This document shows positions 1-13,430 of a stretch of 64,000 nt of DNA, in pieces; position 1 is the stretch's first letter, and every line of letters begins with the position of its first letter. The translations under genes and the position numbers were made by a program. The notes below the pieces were generated by a model. It was not told where the DNA came from and made no database searches. It saw nothing but the letters and a program-made list of their open reading frames with translations. Where the stretch lies: positions 62,001-126,000 of the forward strand of contig CATNEN010000009.1 of assembly GCA_950097015.1 (NCBI GenBank), written 5' to 3'. This DNA comes from Macrostomum hystrix (Eukaryota; Animalia; Platyhelminthes).

Positions 1-1163
1 TTGCACGAACTCTAGCTGTTGTTACGGGTTTTCACTGGCATCACATTCAGGTTAAGCGACTTTTTTAATTCCACACCCATTAAAATTAGTTTCATTTGCG
101 CTGCTCCATGTTCTAAATTATATGCAAGCACTGTAAGAGTATTATATTCTCAAGATCTTGTCTTGCGCATACATGCAGTACATACACGCAAATTACTTTG
201 CTTCTAGCTTCTGTACTCACATGTCCTCCACTACACCCTACATGGACTTTTAAAATCCTGGATCCGCCACTACACGTGAAGTGTAATTCAAATTGCGAAT
301 TGTAATTCGTAAAGTTCCATATTACAATTATATACTCGTTCTCGTACCAATAAAAATGAGCTTATGCTCTATATTATTCATGATGCGTGCAACCGCAATT
401 TCCATGTGTTTTATCATCATTTTGAAAATATAACACAGTCAAATCAAAATACGATTCGAAGATTCAAAAGATTTAATGCTTAAAAGCTCAACTGCTTACT
501 TATAGTAGTAAAATAATAAGCATTAAAATGACAGTCCTATTCAGATCCGCTGTGGGCATGAAATCTGAATCCGGCGGACTCAGATCACTTTATACCTAAC
601 CATATCAGATGGAGCCTGACGAATCAGTGTCCGCCGGATTCGTTTTTTTACACCGGGATATTGTTACGGTCCTAGTAGACAATAAATGATATGTTTCAAT
701 ATAGCAAAACGACATAATTAAAAAGGAAAATGAAATCTGATCTTGCGTATCATAATCATTGAGCTGGGTCAGAAGGTATATGATAAAGGCAGAAAGATGC
801 ATGAATTAATAAAGCTAGTTAATTAAGTTAAGTTAAGATTGCAGGGGGGCTGAAGGCTTTGCCGAGACCATTTTGGCGACAGTCAACCCTCAGCCAGCGG
901 GGAGGCAATTCTATGTCCATTCCGCTGACCCCTGAGCACACACAGGCACACAGATACGTACGCAGGCACACGCTCACACAGAGGTGCACATCTGCCCTGA
1001 CTTTCTCATCGTCAGGCATTGCACATTCACACTGTGCCTTGGAGGTCGGCCTTCAAGGGCGCAAATCGCACAGCAAGCCCCCACACCCCGGCTATACACC
1101 CCAAATGAATGCGGTCTCGCAGGGGTGCGAACTCAGGCCAGTGGCATTAGAGCAGGGATAAAC

Positions 1164-1220
1164 GGAGCAGGGGCCGAGCAGGGGCGGAGCAGGGGCGGAG
1201 CAGGGGCGGAGCAGGGGCGG
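1164..1220 (+). repeat. G-rich 11-bp tandem repeat (GAGCAGGGGCG) x~5
   Basis: Repeat read directly from the sequence; five GGGG runs with 7-nt spacers. Confidence 0.9.
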
Positions 1221-2039
1221 AAAACCGCTTCAATTCACGGAGAATCTTTTGCGCAAATGGAAAATGAACATTTCGTGGAAAATTGCCACGAAATGTATTA
1301 CTTTTTCAAGCAGACGGACGCCCTGTGTCTCAGCTGTCCCCAATGCCCCCATGTTACATGCGGTAGGCAGCTTCATAGCTAGACTCTCAATTTTATCACC
1401 CCGTATTGAATTTTTCAACGCCTCTTTGCAAATTTTCGAATTCTTTATTTGGTCTTTCGCACGCACCGAGTTATAGGTTTGGAGATTTCGCAGTTTCAGG
1501 TGTCGTTTTAGGGAAAGGCACCTGCTTCTTCCACCGCCTACGGCCTGTAGCTGCATTGTGAAAAAAATGAAGTTAGCGTCATAAATCTTTATGTTGTCGA
1601 TTCTTTCTTTCATTTATTCTGACTGTTTACGACTCAGTCTACTCTATCGGAAGAGTTGAAGGGATTATAATCCAAAAAATCAGAGAGACCAAAGGCTAAC
1701 ATACTGACCCTATTTCTGGTAGCGGCAGTACAGTATAGGCGTGATAAGTGAGAAACATTCTCTTTCTTTCTCTCTCCCACCCTCTCTAATAGATTTTCTG
1801 CTGGTGCCGGCAGAGATTTTCGTATGTGCGAAAGTGAGTTAATTTCTATTTCCCGTGAGTGGTGCATGCTAATAATGGCTAACATGACGAGTCACTTGGC
1901 AGCATCAGACATCAAGCTGGAGTCATTTTGGGCATTAGATTTGCGTCTGTGCCTATTGTTCAAGGAAAAATAAATCATTTCTTAATAAATGTTGCACCCT
2001 CGACTCGAGATATGGATCTCACGTGAGATCGAGAATTTT

Positions 2040-2225
2040 ATCTACCCTTAGATTTATCTCACCCTCACTCTTTCTCACCCTAGATCTATCTCACCCCTAG
2101 CTCTATCTCAACCTTATATCTATCTCACCCCTAGATCCATCTCACCCCTAGATCTATCTCACCCCTAGATCTATCTCACCTCTAGATCTATCTCACCCCT
2201 AGATCCATCTCACCCGTAGATCCAT
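2040..2225 (+). repeat. ~17-bp degenerate minisatellite (TAGATCTATCTCACCCC)
   Basis: About 10 imperfect tandem copies visible. Confidence 0.85.
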
Positions 2226-3827
2226 GCCCGCCCCAATCATCTCAGGAACCATTCAGCAGCAGCCAGACGCCAGTGCAGCAGCCCGGCATGATGACGGCGT
2301 GCCCACCCTGTGTAGCTGAACCCTGCGGTCGGCTCCAACTGTCAACTGTCGCATTCCATTCTGAGCCGCTCCGCCTCATCCTCCGCGCAGCATCCGCCGC
2401 TTAAACTTTCAAGCCTCCCTCCCATTCAAGCCTGCTGCCAACAAAATTGTATATATAGAGTTAGACCCTCCCACTATCTGTTATCCAAGAGTTACTATCC
2501 AAGAGCTGTTCAATTTTCTGGAGTTCAATAACTACTACGCATTCTTAGCACTTTCTGCCTGTCCTCACGTAGCTAGCTAAGCAGAGGTTGTTGAAAATGT
2601 TGCAGTCGCTTTTAATTGATCGACAAGCAAATTTGACTGCCAGTCATTCAGCAGTCAGTCAGTCAGTCAAGCTGTCAGCCTCGAAATTCTAGCCGCGTAA
2701 CCATGGAATCATGAATCGATGCAAAAACACAGCCGGAAAAAGTTGCTTTCGTGAGGGCTTTAACACTGTATGAACTCCTCAATTGAGCGGATGAACGCTT
2801 CCAGTATTTTTCTCGTTCCTAAAGATGCATACAGAGAGTTTTATGGTGGATGGATGCAGCACTGGATGATGTAGCTGGAAGCGAAACTTTGCTGCAGCCT
2901 GCAGCTGAGTGAAGCATGAAATTCACAACCCAGCTGTTTACTCGTATTCCGTTTGTCACTAAAGCGCTGGGTTTTACTCGTAGTTTTTGTTAAATGGAAT
3001 GGCTACAGCCCCGGGTCTTTGGTGAAGATTTTCGTCGCCAACTGACCCCCAACTTAGCCTAATGAGGCGATCCAGGCTGGGTCGAAAAAAATATAAGTAA
3101 TAAAATATAAATAATAAATAATAAAATCTGGACACATTGGCTGCACCTGAGTCGCCTCAGTCTCATACCGCTATTTGTTTTGTCAGAGGCAATAACATAA
3201 AATTATCCCATGCTAATACCCAGGCACGTGATGACTCCCGAGCAACGCTACGAAAACATGATTTGGGGTTGGGGAAAAATATCCCTATTTATTTGAATGA
3301 TCTTAGAAAAAAAGACAAAAGGTTCAATGCTCCTAAATATATCAAAGAGCTCTTTGCCCAGACTCTAGATTGGACTAATGATTTAAAACAACGACGGAAA
3401 ATGGCTTTATTGAAAGTCACGGGCTAGAAATATCCAAAATTACATTCCGCTTTTTTGTTACCTCTTCCTGCCTAACCAGAATCCATCATTTGTCTGTTTC
3501 TGACTGCTTGGTAAGCAGTGCTTACCATAGATATTTTCTGGCATAGCATGTCACTCCCATTCCTGCCGGCTAGGCTTACTAATCAAGCATGGCTTAAACT
3601 GATGCACTAGACGGGAAGGACATGAGCAGCACTACTGCCTTTAGCCAGTAAAGCAGTCTCACTTGCTGCCTGCTTGGTATGCGCTGCTTACCATAGAAAT
3701 CTGTGCGCAGCAAGTCCCCTTTACAGTAGGACAAGCTTTCTTACAATAATATTCTGACCATCTTGTTTGTTAGTATTTTCTTACTAAATTTCTCAGTACG
3801 AGCGTACTCACTGAAAACCTGCAGTAC

Positions 3828-4805
3828 ATGGCTTCTCTCTCTGGGATCGAATACATGACCTCAGACAGTGAACTGAGCCTCGACTCCTACTTAACAATAG
3901 ACGAGGAGCCTGTTGAGGAGGTTGGTATCGAAGACGCACTGAATGGCAATCCTCCAATCATGGAAGAGCCTGAAGGCGAGGAAGGACAGGAGTTCGCAGA
4001 TGGCGAAGCGGCTGAAGTTGAGAATGTTTGGCGGCTTGTCGAGCCTGGGTCCGATGAAGGGACAGAAAGTTTTGAATTTACCGGAACTGCTGGCCTAAAT
4101 CCTAACGTTTTAATTCCTGACAATGTTGAGCAGGATAAGTCTTTATTTTTACAAAATGGACGAACGCCAAGGTGGCCACCATGCTGATGGAGCTGGATCC
4201 TGAGACGGACGTCCTTCCACCTATCTTGACTAGCTGGCGGGACTGCACCGCAAGCGAGATGAAAAAGCTAGTCGGCATGCATCTGTACATGGGCCTGAAC
4301 AAAAAGTCCGAGCTACATGACTACTGGAGCACAGATGATTTTCACTGCATGCCATACTTTCAGAAGCCCGAGGCGTAAGCTCGCGATAGATTCAAGCAGC
4401 TGCTGACATTTCTGCGCTTCTACGACAGCAGGGAAGAAGCAAGCGCAGATCCACTACTCAAGATTCGTCCATTTATGAATATGCTGCAAGCTTATTGCAA
4501 GAACAACTACAGGCCTGAGTGTGAAGTGAGCATTGACGAGTCCTTGATACTGTTTAAGGGGCGACTTCGTTTTAAACAGTACATTCCAACAAAGCGGGCC
4601 AAGTCCGGAATGAAGATGTACTGTCTGTGTGAGTCCAAGTCTGCTTATCTCTTCAATTTCATAGTGCACTCAACTCCAGAAGAAAATCGGAAGTTCGGCT
4701 CCACACAGGACTGTGTAAATCTTTCTCTCAGCGAGCGAATCGTAGCTGAGCTGCTTCCAACGTTGGCATTCGCAGCGTTGAAGTATCGACAGAATGGACC
4801 AGCTT
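3828..4805 (+). pseudogene. piggyBac (PGBD4-like) transposase remnant
   Basis: Motifs LYMGL..K.EL.DYWST, RDRF.QLL.FLRF, KIRPF, SIDESLILFKGRLRFKQYIPTKRAKSGMK.Y.LC.S. Frameshift near 4170, in-frame TAA at 4376-4378, truncated after ~4800. Confidence 0.88.
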
Positions 4806-5384
4806 AACACTCAAACTGACTTAAGTTTTCTGTTTTTGCCTCTTGTCTTTAGCTTAAATTTGTTAATGACTATTATTTATTTATTCTAGTTTTGCTAGTT
4901 ATAGTTTCTGCATAGTGTACCAGTCGTACCCTCTGTATGCGCTGGTAAGTTAGATTGGACAGATGTATCGGCTGTTTCGATGCTCTTCTTTGTTCTTTAG
5001 TTATTTTTACAATACTACGAGAAAGTTAAGATATTGGAATTCAAATTTATCAGAGCCTTCTTGAATAAAATAGAATGTTTGAATTAAAAGCTATAAAGGA
5101 GATGTACAAACAACACATAATTAAGAATGTACAATTTAAAATTTATGCTTGTCAGAAAAAAATCTAGAATATTCACGGTAAGCAGTGCTTACCACTGCAG
5201 GCAGGAACCGATAGTATCAATTTAACCATAGAATTCTATCTACTCAAGCCGGCAGGAGGTAAAATTAGGCCTTGGTAAGCACTGCTTACCATCAGTCTTC
5301 TCGTGGTTTTAAAAGCATACAAATCTGTAAAAAGACAACCCGCTTGCCCTCCAATACTCCCGATCTATATTTAGTCCTTTTGAT

Positions 5385-6578
5385 TTGCGCTGCTTAAAAT
5401 CTCACTGCCATGAGCGATCAGGAGCTTCTATCTCTAGTGACGAATCAAACCGCCAAAGCTACGAAACTGCTCCAGATGAGCACGGAGATGGACTGCGCCG
5501 AGGACCGTACGTTAGAATAAGCGATGAGCGTTACAACCTCGTTGCGGATGCTTTAGAAAGAGGCGAACTACCGGCGGATATCGCGCGCTGGCTGCAGCTC
5601 AACAAAAACACCGTCTACTCCATTCAGAAGCGATACGAGACGAAAGGACAGCGAAATCGGCGTCCGCGTGGTGGAACTCGCGGCGCAAAGCTGGGCGAGG
5701 AACAGACAGACTGGCTGGTGCAACATCTTGACCGGAACCCAATGATGACGCTGGCAGAGATGGCACGATCGGTACAAGGTAGATTTGAAGGTCTTCAAGT
5801 TAGCACTGCTACAATCAGTAGAGCTTTAGACAAGCAGCTTATCACCCTGAAATGTCTGAGCCGGGATGCCGACATTCCTGCAACGCACAATACTCCGGAG
5901 AATCGACTTCGAAGGCGCGAATTCGCTGAATGGCTGATCGAATTGCCACTCGATCATCACCCTGTCTTCTTCGATGAAACAGGTTTTAATTTATGGACTC
6001 GAAGGTCAAAAGGGCCCAGCAGACGTGGGCAATGAGTGAGAAGGGTTGTTGTCACTCAGCGAGGGGTCCAGGTGAATCTGGTACAGGCCGTGTCACCAAC
6101 GGCAGGTCTTCTGCATCACAAGATTGTAGCAGCCACGATGACCACAGAAAGATTTCAGACATTTGTGGAGGAGTTACTGGAGGTTTTAAGCAATCGGAAC
6201 GACATCGGAGACGCTGACCAGATGCACATTGTGATGGACGGTGCTCGATTTCACGGTCGAGTGCAGATTCCGGAGCAGTACGAAGCAAACTGGAGGGCCG
6301 TAACGCTGCCTCCCTACTCGCCCTTCCTCAAACCTGTAGAAAATGCACATTCCTGCGTGAAAGCGGCGATCAAGCGCGCGCTTTCCCAGCCTGAAGTGCA
6401 GAGAGAGCTGGACCTGCCACCTCTGGACACTCCACTGTGGCAGCGGCGGATTCTGGTGCTGCACAGGATTGCAGAGGAGGCCACTGGTGAGGTGACTCCT
6501 GCCAAATGCGGCGGCTGGTTCAGGCAGATGCTGCGACGAGTTCCGGCCTGCTTGGCAGGGCAGCCGATTGACGACTGA
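5385..6578 (+). pseudogene. IS630/Tc1-mariner family DDE transposase with one in-frame stop
   Basis: N-terminal HTH-like region, then VFFDETGFNLW, HIVMDGARFH and LPPYSPFLKPVEN motifs. ORFs 5385-6035 and 6036-6578 are the same frame, separated only by TGA 6033-6035. No TIRs identified. Confidence 0.88.
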
Positions 6579-8223
6579 GTGGTGTTACGCCTTTTTACGA
6601 GTAACGCCGGACACTTTCTGTGCTTCACTGCTCCCTTTAAATGTTTGTATCTTGCGTTGCATTCAACTTTTGTTGATGCATAAAGTTTAGTTAACAGTTT
6701 AATTAATCAAAGCGTAGCATTGATAAAAAGCGTAAAAACAAAGACAAAATTGTTTCTTGAAATTGATGAATACGAAGAATATTTTAATCAGAAGTAAACT
6801 CAGTCTTGATTGGGTATTTCAGGGAAAGCGAATGAATATTTTGCACAGCATCCCAAACTCTGTTGCTGGAGGACAGATGCTGGTAGAGAAACCGAATCCA
6901 GTGAAAAGAGTTGTTTTCGCTCATTTCAAGCAAAAATTTTTCTCCGCGCGCGTGGATCAAGCGAAAAAATTTTGCTCCTTAAAAAAACATTTTTCCGGGT
7001 TTTTGGGTTTTTCTAACGTGTCTATATTAATGGCACTCTGGAATTAGAGACAGAAATTTTGAGAAAATCTCTTTTCTCTGAGAATAATTTTCGTCCCAGA
7101 ATACTACTCACAGAATAAGGTTTACAGAATACTACTCTGAAATTATAAAAGTAAAGAATTTAGAATTTGGAGACAGATTTTGTGAGTTGTGACCTTTTTT
7201 CCTGATCTCTTTGTAAATAATAAAGTTAATATGGAGGCTACGATAATGTTTGTCCTAGAATACTATACTCACAGAGTACAACACACAAACTGATCTGGAA
7301 TAATAAAAATAGAGAATTTATAATATAGAAAAGAAGGGGCGAGAATTTTATGGAAGGGCGAGGATTTTTTAGAGAGGCAAGGACCCTTTTTCCCTGATCT
7401 CTTCTGTAATAATAAAGTCAACAGATTGTGGATTATGGAGACTGCGTAAACAGGTAGCACCAAGGAGCTGGAGAATTACTTTAATAATTCGTATTAAATT
7501 TAGGGCCCTATTCTATGCAGCTGCAGTATGCAGCCTTCAGATGCACCGGGCAATAGCTGCGGTTCGCGTGAAATCTAGTGAAATCTGGATTCGGACCTCC
7601 GTACTTTGAGTCGTGCGTCTTGCACATTAAGTGCTTTATTTTAAAGCTTTAAAAGCCCAATAACAAGTCCGAATTTTATAGAAAAAATGGAGTGGGTTTG
7701 GTGTGTGAGAGGGTTGTTTTCAAAAGGATGTTTGCGAAATATCTGAAATATCTGTTCAGATCTGTTCATATCTGTTCAGAAACGTCAAATATCTGAAGTT
7801 AGAAACACGTTGCATCCGAAAAAAACGAAATAAGCGTCTAAGATGTGTGACTTTTGAATCGAAGAAAGAATAGCACAGTAATTTTTAATTGTCAAACATT
7901 CTAAGGGGTGCCTAACTGACCAGCCCGTATCGCTTCGAAAACACGTTTTCCTGCCTCGTGCATCTTTATGTTGAGGCAGTCTAAGGAATGCAGGGTGCGT
8001 CAAATCTAGCTGCTCCAGACCAGTCCAAAAACTACGCTGCGCGTGTTTAAGTAGCGGTGTCTACATTAAAAATATACTATCCAAGCTCAGAAACGAGATG
8101 AACACATTTTTATGCCGTCACATTATACTCGTATAAAGTAGTTAGAAACAATTCTTTGCTACCCGTGTGAAGCAACATTCGAGTTTTGCTGGGTACGAGC
8201 GTAGATATGAGTAGACATTTCTG

Positions 8224-8322
8224 ACAATTATAGACAATACGCGCTCGTAGCTCGTAGATAAATTTTTGACAATTCTAGACAATACGCGCTCGTAGCTCGT
8301 AGATAAATTTTTGACAATTCTC
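8224..8322 (+). repeat. 45-bp tandem duplication (~2.2 copies)
   Basis: GACAATT(A/C)TAGACAATACGCGCTCGTAGCTCGTAGATAAATTTTT repeated. Confidence 0.85.
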
Positions 8323-9372
8323 CGTGCCAGCGACGGAGAATTAGAAAAATTTCTTGAATGGAAGCTTTTAACTCGCTGAAACAATTATCAATAGTCTTGC
8401 GCGAGTTATAAAACTAATATACATTGCAGATAGTCAAAATACACTCTTAGCTTCTCAGCTTTATTTCAGGTTTATGCTTCGTAGGTTGCGCTACAAATAC
8501 TTATGCAGGAAGTCTACGAACTATCGAGACTAATGAGTTTAGTTTTACCTATTGTCAACTGCAGTCGCAGAGTCGTGTCAAGCCTAGTCTTTTGTTAAAG
8601 TCATCAGATTCGCCTCGTAAAATGATATCGTTTTTACAAAATTACCTCGCAACTTTAATTTTCATCGGTTTTTGCGTGATTTTAATTTAGCTTATCCGTG
8701 CAAATTTACTGTGTCAAAACAATGGCTAAGGTCATTCGAATTTATCATAAGAAATTGACAGCCTACAGCTTGCTTCAGCTGGCCAAAAATACACACGTTT
8801 GTGCGCATTCGCAAGCAGCTGAGACCTGTTTGCGAAAACAAAATGTGAACAGTATTCTACTGTGAACAGAAGAGAGTAATTACATGCAAGAAGCTTGGAA
8901 TAAGAGTAATAAGCAGGCTGCGTTAGAATGAGAAAACTGAGTTACTCGTATAAGATTTTGCATGCCGCTAGTGGCAATGACAATTAAGCTTCACGAATAC
9001 TATCAAGACTACAGCGCGAATAAATAGGGTAGGCAAAACCTACCCTAGTCTCCATTAGTTTGATAGACTCGTTTTCTTTCTTGCCCATTAGAGCATCGCT
9101 GGTATTCTATAAAAAGGAGGCTGAATGGTATTGCATTTTCAGTAGGGTTAGTTGGCCCTGACACAGAGTCGGTGATAAAGTTCTGGGTTATCTAAACATA
9201 AGGAGAGAGAAACTGAAGCGAAGCAAGTGCTCTGCTCACTATACTTAGCCCGCGGCCTTGACCAAATCAATCTTTGCAAAGAGACTCTGGACTATTTAAA
9301 AGCTCTGCAGCTCTCATTCCTCTCCAAAACTGAGTCAACAAAGCAGAAGCCCGGAATAATTCTGTGACTAAG

Positions 9373-11736
9373 ATGCAATCGGAAGTTTCAGAAACGTGCT
9401 GGTAAGTGTTTGAAAATTAGAGGGTTTAAAAATATACGCACTTTAAATAAAAAACGAGTCTTATAAAGCGCTACTCAAAACGGCCTGTTCTATAAAATTT
9501 GCGGATCCTCAAAGTTTCAACTTAAAGAAAATTTATACTGCTGAGATACGAGTGAAGGATCGAGGATCCAATTTATTTTACGAAAGCTTTATATAGCACG
9601 ACACTAGCGACTTCACATAAAAATGTTGCGTTAATAAGTAGTAAAGCGCCACAAAACTTTAACAGAATCAAATACTCATTATTCATCTAGGAGGGCCTCA
9701 GCAGATAAAGATTCAAAAAACGTGAGCGTGAAGGATCCAGTGGAAAGGAAAATGAAGCAAACCAGGGCAAGACTTTTTGTTGTTTTTATTGTTTAGGACT
9801 GCTTCAGTCTAGCTCTTGGTTGTTTGAGGTACATGGGTACATGCACGCGCATGCATATTTACAGGACCCGCAGTCGCACAGGATAATTGAGAAGAGGCGC
9901 CGTGACCGAATGAACAAATCGCTGAGTGATCTAAATCGCCTAATTCCATCCGCTTACTTAAAGCAGGTAAACCAACAAATCTACGAGAGTAGGTCGTCCT
10001 TTCATTTTCAAATTCAGAACTCGATTCTGAGATTCATGAATGCACTTTAAGTGTATCTAAATCGATCGAAAAAAGGATTAATGCAAAGAATTAATAATGA
10101 ATATTATTGCATAACTTATGCTGCTTTTAATAATAAACGTTACAGGGTCAGGGTCGAGTAGAGAAGGCAGAAATAATAGAATTGGCAACACAGCACATGG
10201 TGGCGCTTTCAGCCCAGCTGAAGAAATGTGAAGGTAGCGGCGAATACATAGTAAATAAATTTGGACTGAAAATCTATGCTTCACGCACGATTTAAAGATA
10301 ACTTTCCATTATTTCAGCTATCATGGGCAATGATTTTCCTGGCTCTGAGGGCGCTTGCTGCATCGGAAAATTTTACTTAGGCTTCAGGGAGGCCAGCAAA
10401 GCAGCTGTGTCATTTCTCATCGAGCAAGGGGGCTTTAGCAGCAACGACCCTGTGTGTAGCAAGCTGCGAGCCAACCTACATAGTCTCTCCGAACGACTTT
10501 TGCTCGGTAAGCATTAAAAATAATTTTGCTTAATTTTCGTTCTACCTTAGTACTTGAACACTGTACAAGCAAGACCTTCAGCTTTGGTTAAAGATAAGAT
10601 TAGATATATTATCTATAGATACTCGTAAAGTTTTGCTATTGCTTGTTATCTGTATGTGTATGCATTACTAAATACAGACAATAGTGTAGTTAAACCTTAA
10701 TGCAATCCCAGATGACACGCATCAGCAGAAGCTGCAGCAGCAGCCAAAGTCAGATGAGACCACGTCAGAGCTTCCCGAGCCGACCGGTCAGCCGTCTCCG
10801 GAAATTTCCTGTTACTCCACCGACGAGGCTAGAAGCGAGGCGTCCTTTGAGGCCGGCGGGAGAGACTGTGCCACTAGAGGCACTTGCAGACACAATCAAA
10901 AGAGTAGTTTTAATTCGCGGCAGGAGGTGAGGTCGGAAAATATAGCTGCAATATACTTACACGATTTAGTTGCTGTTGAGAAGAAGTGCACCGTACATTT
11001 TATAACTCTATATCTCATGTAAAGCTCGTTCATTAACATATATGTATTGCAAGTACAATATACTTTTAATATGCTAAAATGAAGTGTCTATATGTCAATT
11101 CAGTCTTACGTATACATTTCTAGTATGTACTATTATACTATGCATATACACAGTATAATATTTATATTCTGTATCACTATCTATAGAGATTTTTGCCACT
11201 AGAAATATAAAATACTGAATTTCCAGTTTTAACGTAGCTGTTTTATCCATATTTAACATATAAAATACTATTTACTCGTACATCTAAACACGGTGTGTGG
11301 GTGATCAGAGTACCGATCTTTTAATAATGAGTTCGAAAACCTAACTCCTAGCTGCTATTGGACCAAAAACTAGGCGAACGTGGCCGAAAACCGCACATGT
11401 ACGTTAAGTCGAAAGCGCCGGGCAACGTCACCCCTTCCTGACTCTGGAGGTCCGACTTCTCAATACACAGATAGTGTCGGTTTGTTAGGAACACATGACG
11501 AAGCTGTCAAAGACGCAGTGGAGGCTGAGCCAGCCCAAGAGACAGAGGCCTTCTTGCCAGGCTTTGTGCTTCATGAGTCGGGAACTTACTACGAACCTGT
11601 GGTGATCCCTCAAGCAAGTCTGGGGGAAGAGAGGCTAGGCCGGTGTCGCCAGCCGCTGCACCCGGTGTCCATCCCGGTTAATTTCCGGACTACGCGGTTC
11701 ATTCGAACTGACCAGCCGGCTGGGTCGGATGCCTGA
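9373..11736 (+). CDS. cwo: clockwork orange-like bHLH-Orange transcriptional repressor (7 coding exons)
   Basis: Predicted exons 9373-9401, 9691-9721, 9865-9966, 10146-10233, 10318-10506, 10712-10926, 11374-11736, all GT-AG and phase-compatible. b[43 protein letters not shown]; Orange domain [16 protein letters not shown]; C-terminal [14 protein letters not shown]...HPVSIPVNF resembles the cwo-specific C-terminal motif; no WRPW. Confidence 0.85.
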
Positions 11737-13430
11737 CCGAACACCATTGAGGGAGAACTGCGCAAAAAGAAGGAATGATGAGAAATGAAAAATAATTAGA
11801 TTATCATAATTACCAATTGAAATCAATATTCATACAGTATGACAGCGGAATACTTTTTTATTCGCCATACGTGCTCGTAAATATTACTGCATGCTTATTT
11901 GGTATTTTGTGCGTCATGTTATATTTCCAGCCAGGTTCCTTTAATTTAAGCCTAATCCGCGTCCTGAGCCGTGAAGTGCTTCTTTATAATGCTATGAGTG
12001 AACTTACATCTATTGAACATGCATGTTCTGCCCCAAAAATACCTGAACTATAAACTAGCCCAAACCATGCCCATTGCGTATTGTATGATTTCTCTAAAAC
12101 TGAAGCATATATTTATTATTGAGAAGTACGATTGAATTTCACTGAATTCTCTAAAGCGGATTTTTACACTGGATCTGGAGGGAATTAAATACAGGTGACC
12201 CTAGACTGTGGATGTGTAAGATAACTAACTGTATGTGGCGAATAAATACATCGCGGACATCGTTTTGATTGGCCGTACGTTAGGTTGCCCTAAAATCACA
12301 CTGGATAATTTTATTAGGTGTTCACTTTTGTCACTTCTGTGTTTTAACCGGCCACACGCTTCGTTGCCCTGCCCCCTCAGTGCTCAGTCTCCTCAGTCTC
12401 TTCAGTGGCCGCATTCAAAGGTTCCGAATCCGATTTCATCGAAGTGCTTCTTGCCTCTTCGAAAGACATTAATAACCGCTGATCAAAGGGCAATTACGTA
12501 CCCGCCAGATAAATCAGTCATAATTGACGCGAAACAGTTTTCAGCTAACAGAAAGTTACTTACCGTGATGTAAAGGGTCTTGACTTACTTGACTTAGCTG
12601 CAGGGGGCATCCTCGGATGCAGCGGGGAGGCGTTGCCGCCCATTCCGCTAGCCCCTGGCGACCACGGGCAACTAAAGCTGCGGTGTCGCGCAGGGGGATC
12701 CGGTGATGATGGGAGGACCGCAGTGCGGTCCTCCTCCGGAGAGTCCAGGAGGTGGAGAGTTGCTCGCCCGGTGGCCCTTAGGTAACGGATGAGCTGGCAG
12801 ATGTTCTCAGGCCTGAAAACGTCGGGGAGATCCGGGTTTGGGCCGAGATAGGTGATCCTGTCTTGAGTGAAGGCGGGGCAGTCACAAATAAAATGCTCTG
12901 CATCCTCAACATAGGAAGAGGCAGAAGGGGCATTCCTCACTGCGGATTTTGCCTTGCAGGAAGCGGTGCCTGGCGAAACAGCCATGGCCAGAGAGGGCCA
13001 TGGTAACTGCCCTGATGTCCCTGCGGTTAAGTCCAAGCAAGGCTTTGAGGGAGGGACAAGGAGGGACAAGGGACAGCAGCGCGAGACTGCCGACAATCGG
13101 CGGTATTGATCCATCTGTCCTTGTGCTTTGAGGCCACCCACTGGTTAATCCGAGTGTTGACGACGGCGGTAGGGGTGGAGACCGCAGGCACGGGGCCAAA
13201 AAGCGAACCCGTCGAACCGGCCTTGGCGAGGCTGTCGGCCAATTCGTTACCAGGGTGGCCAGAGTGTCCTGGAATCCACCTTAGGGACACCTTGTTGTGG
13301 GTCCCTAAGCGATTGAGTTGCGCGACGCAGTTGAGGACTGTGTGTGAGCAGGTGTGCGTGCAAGGATCACCGCCTAGCTGTCCGAGTTTAGGAAGATTTC
13401 TGCTCCGTGGAAAGCTCAGCTCCAGGGAGG

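Noticed and set aside
945-1090. Possible piggyBac C-terminal Cys-rich remnant on the - strand (CAICALEG...C..VHLCVSVC)
   Set aside because: Needs a frameshift, is very short and could be chance Cys richness; not supportable without a search.
8400-11736. Tandem CACGTG E-boxes expected near a clock-regulated cwo gene
   Set aside because: A by-eye scan found no canonical CACGTG in the proximal upstream region or introns, so no regulatory feature is claimed.
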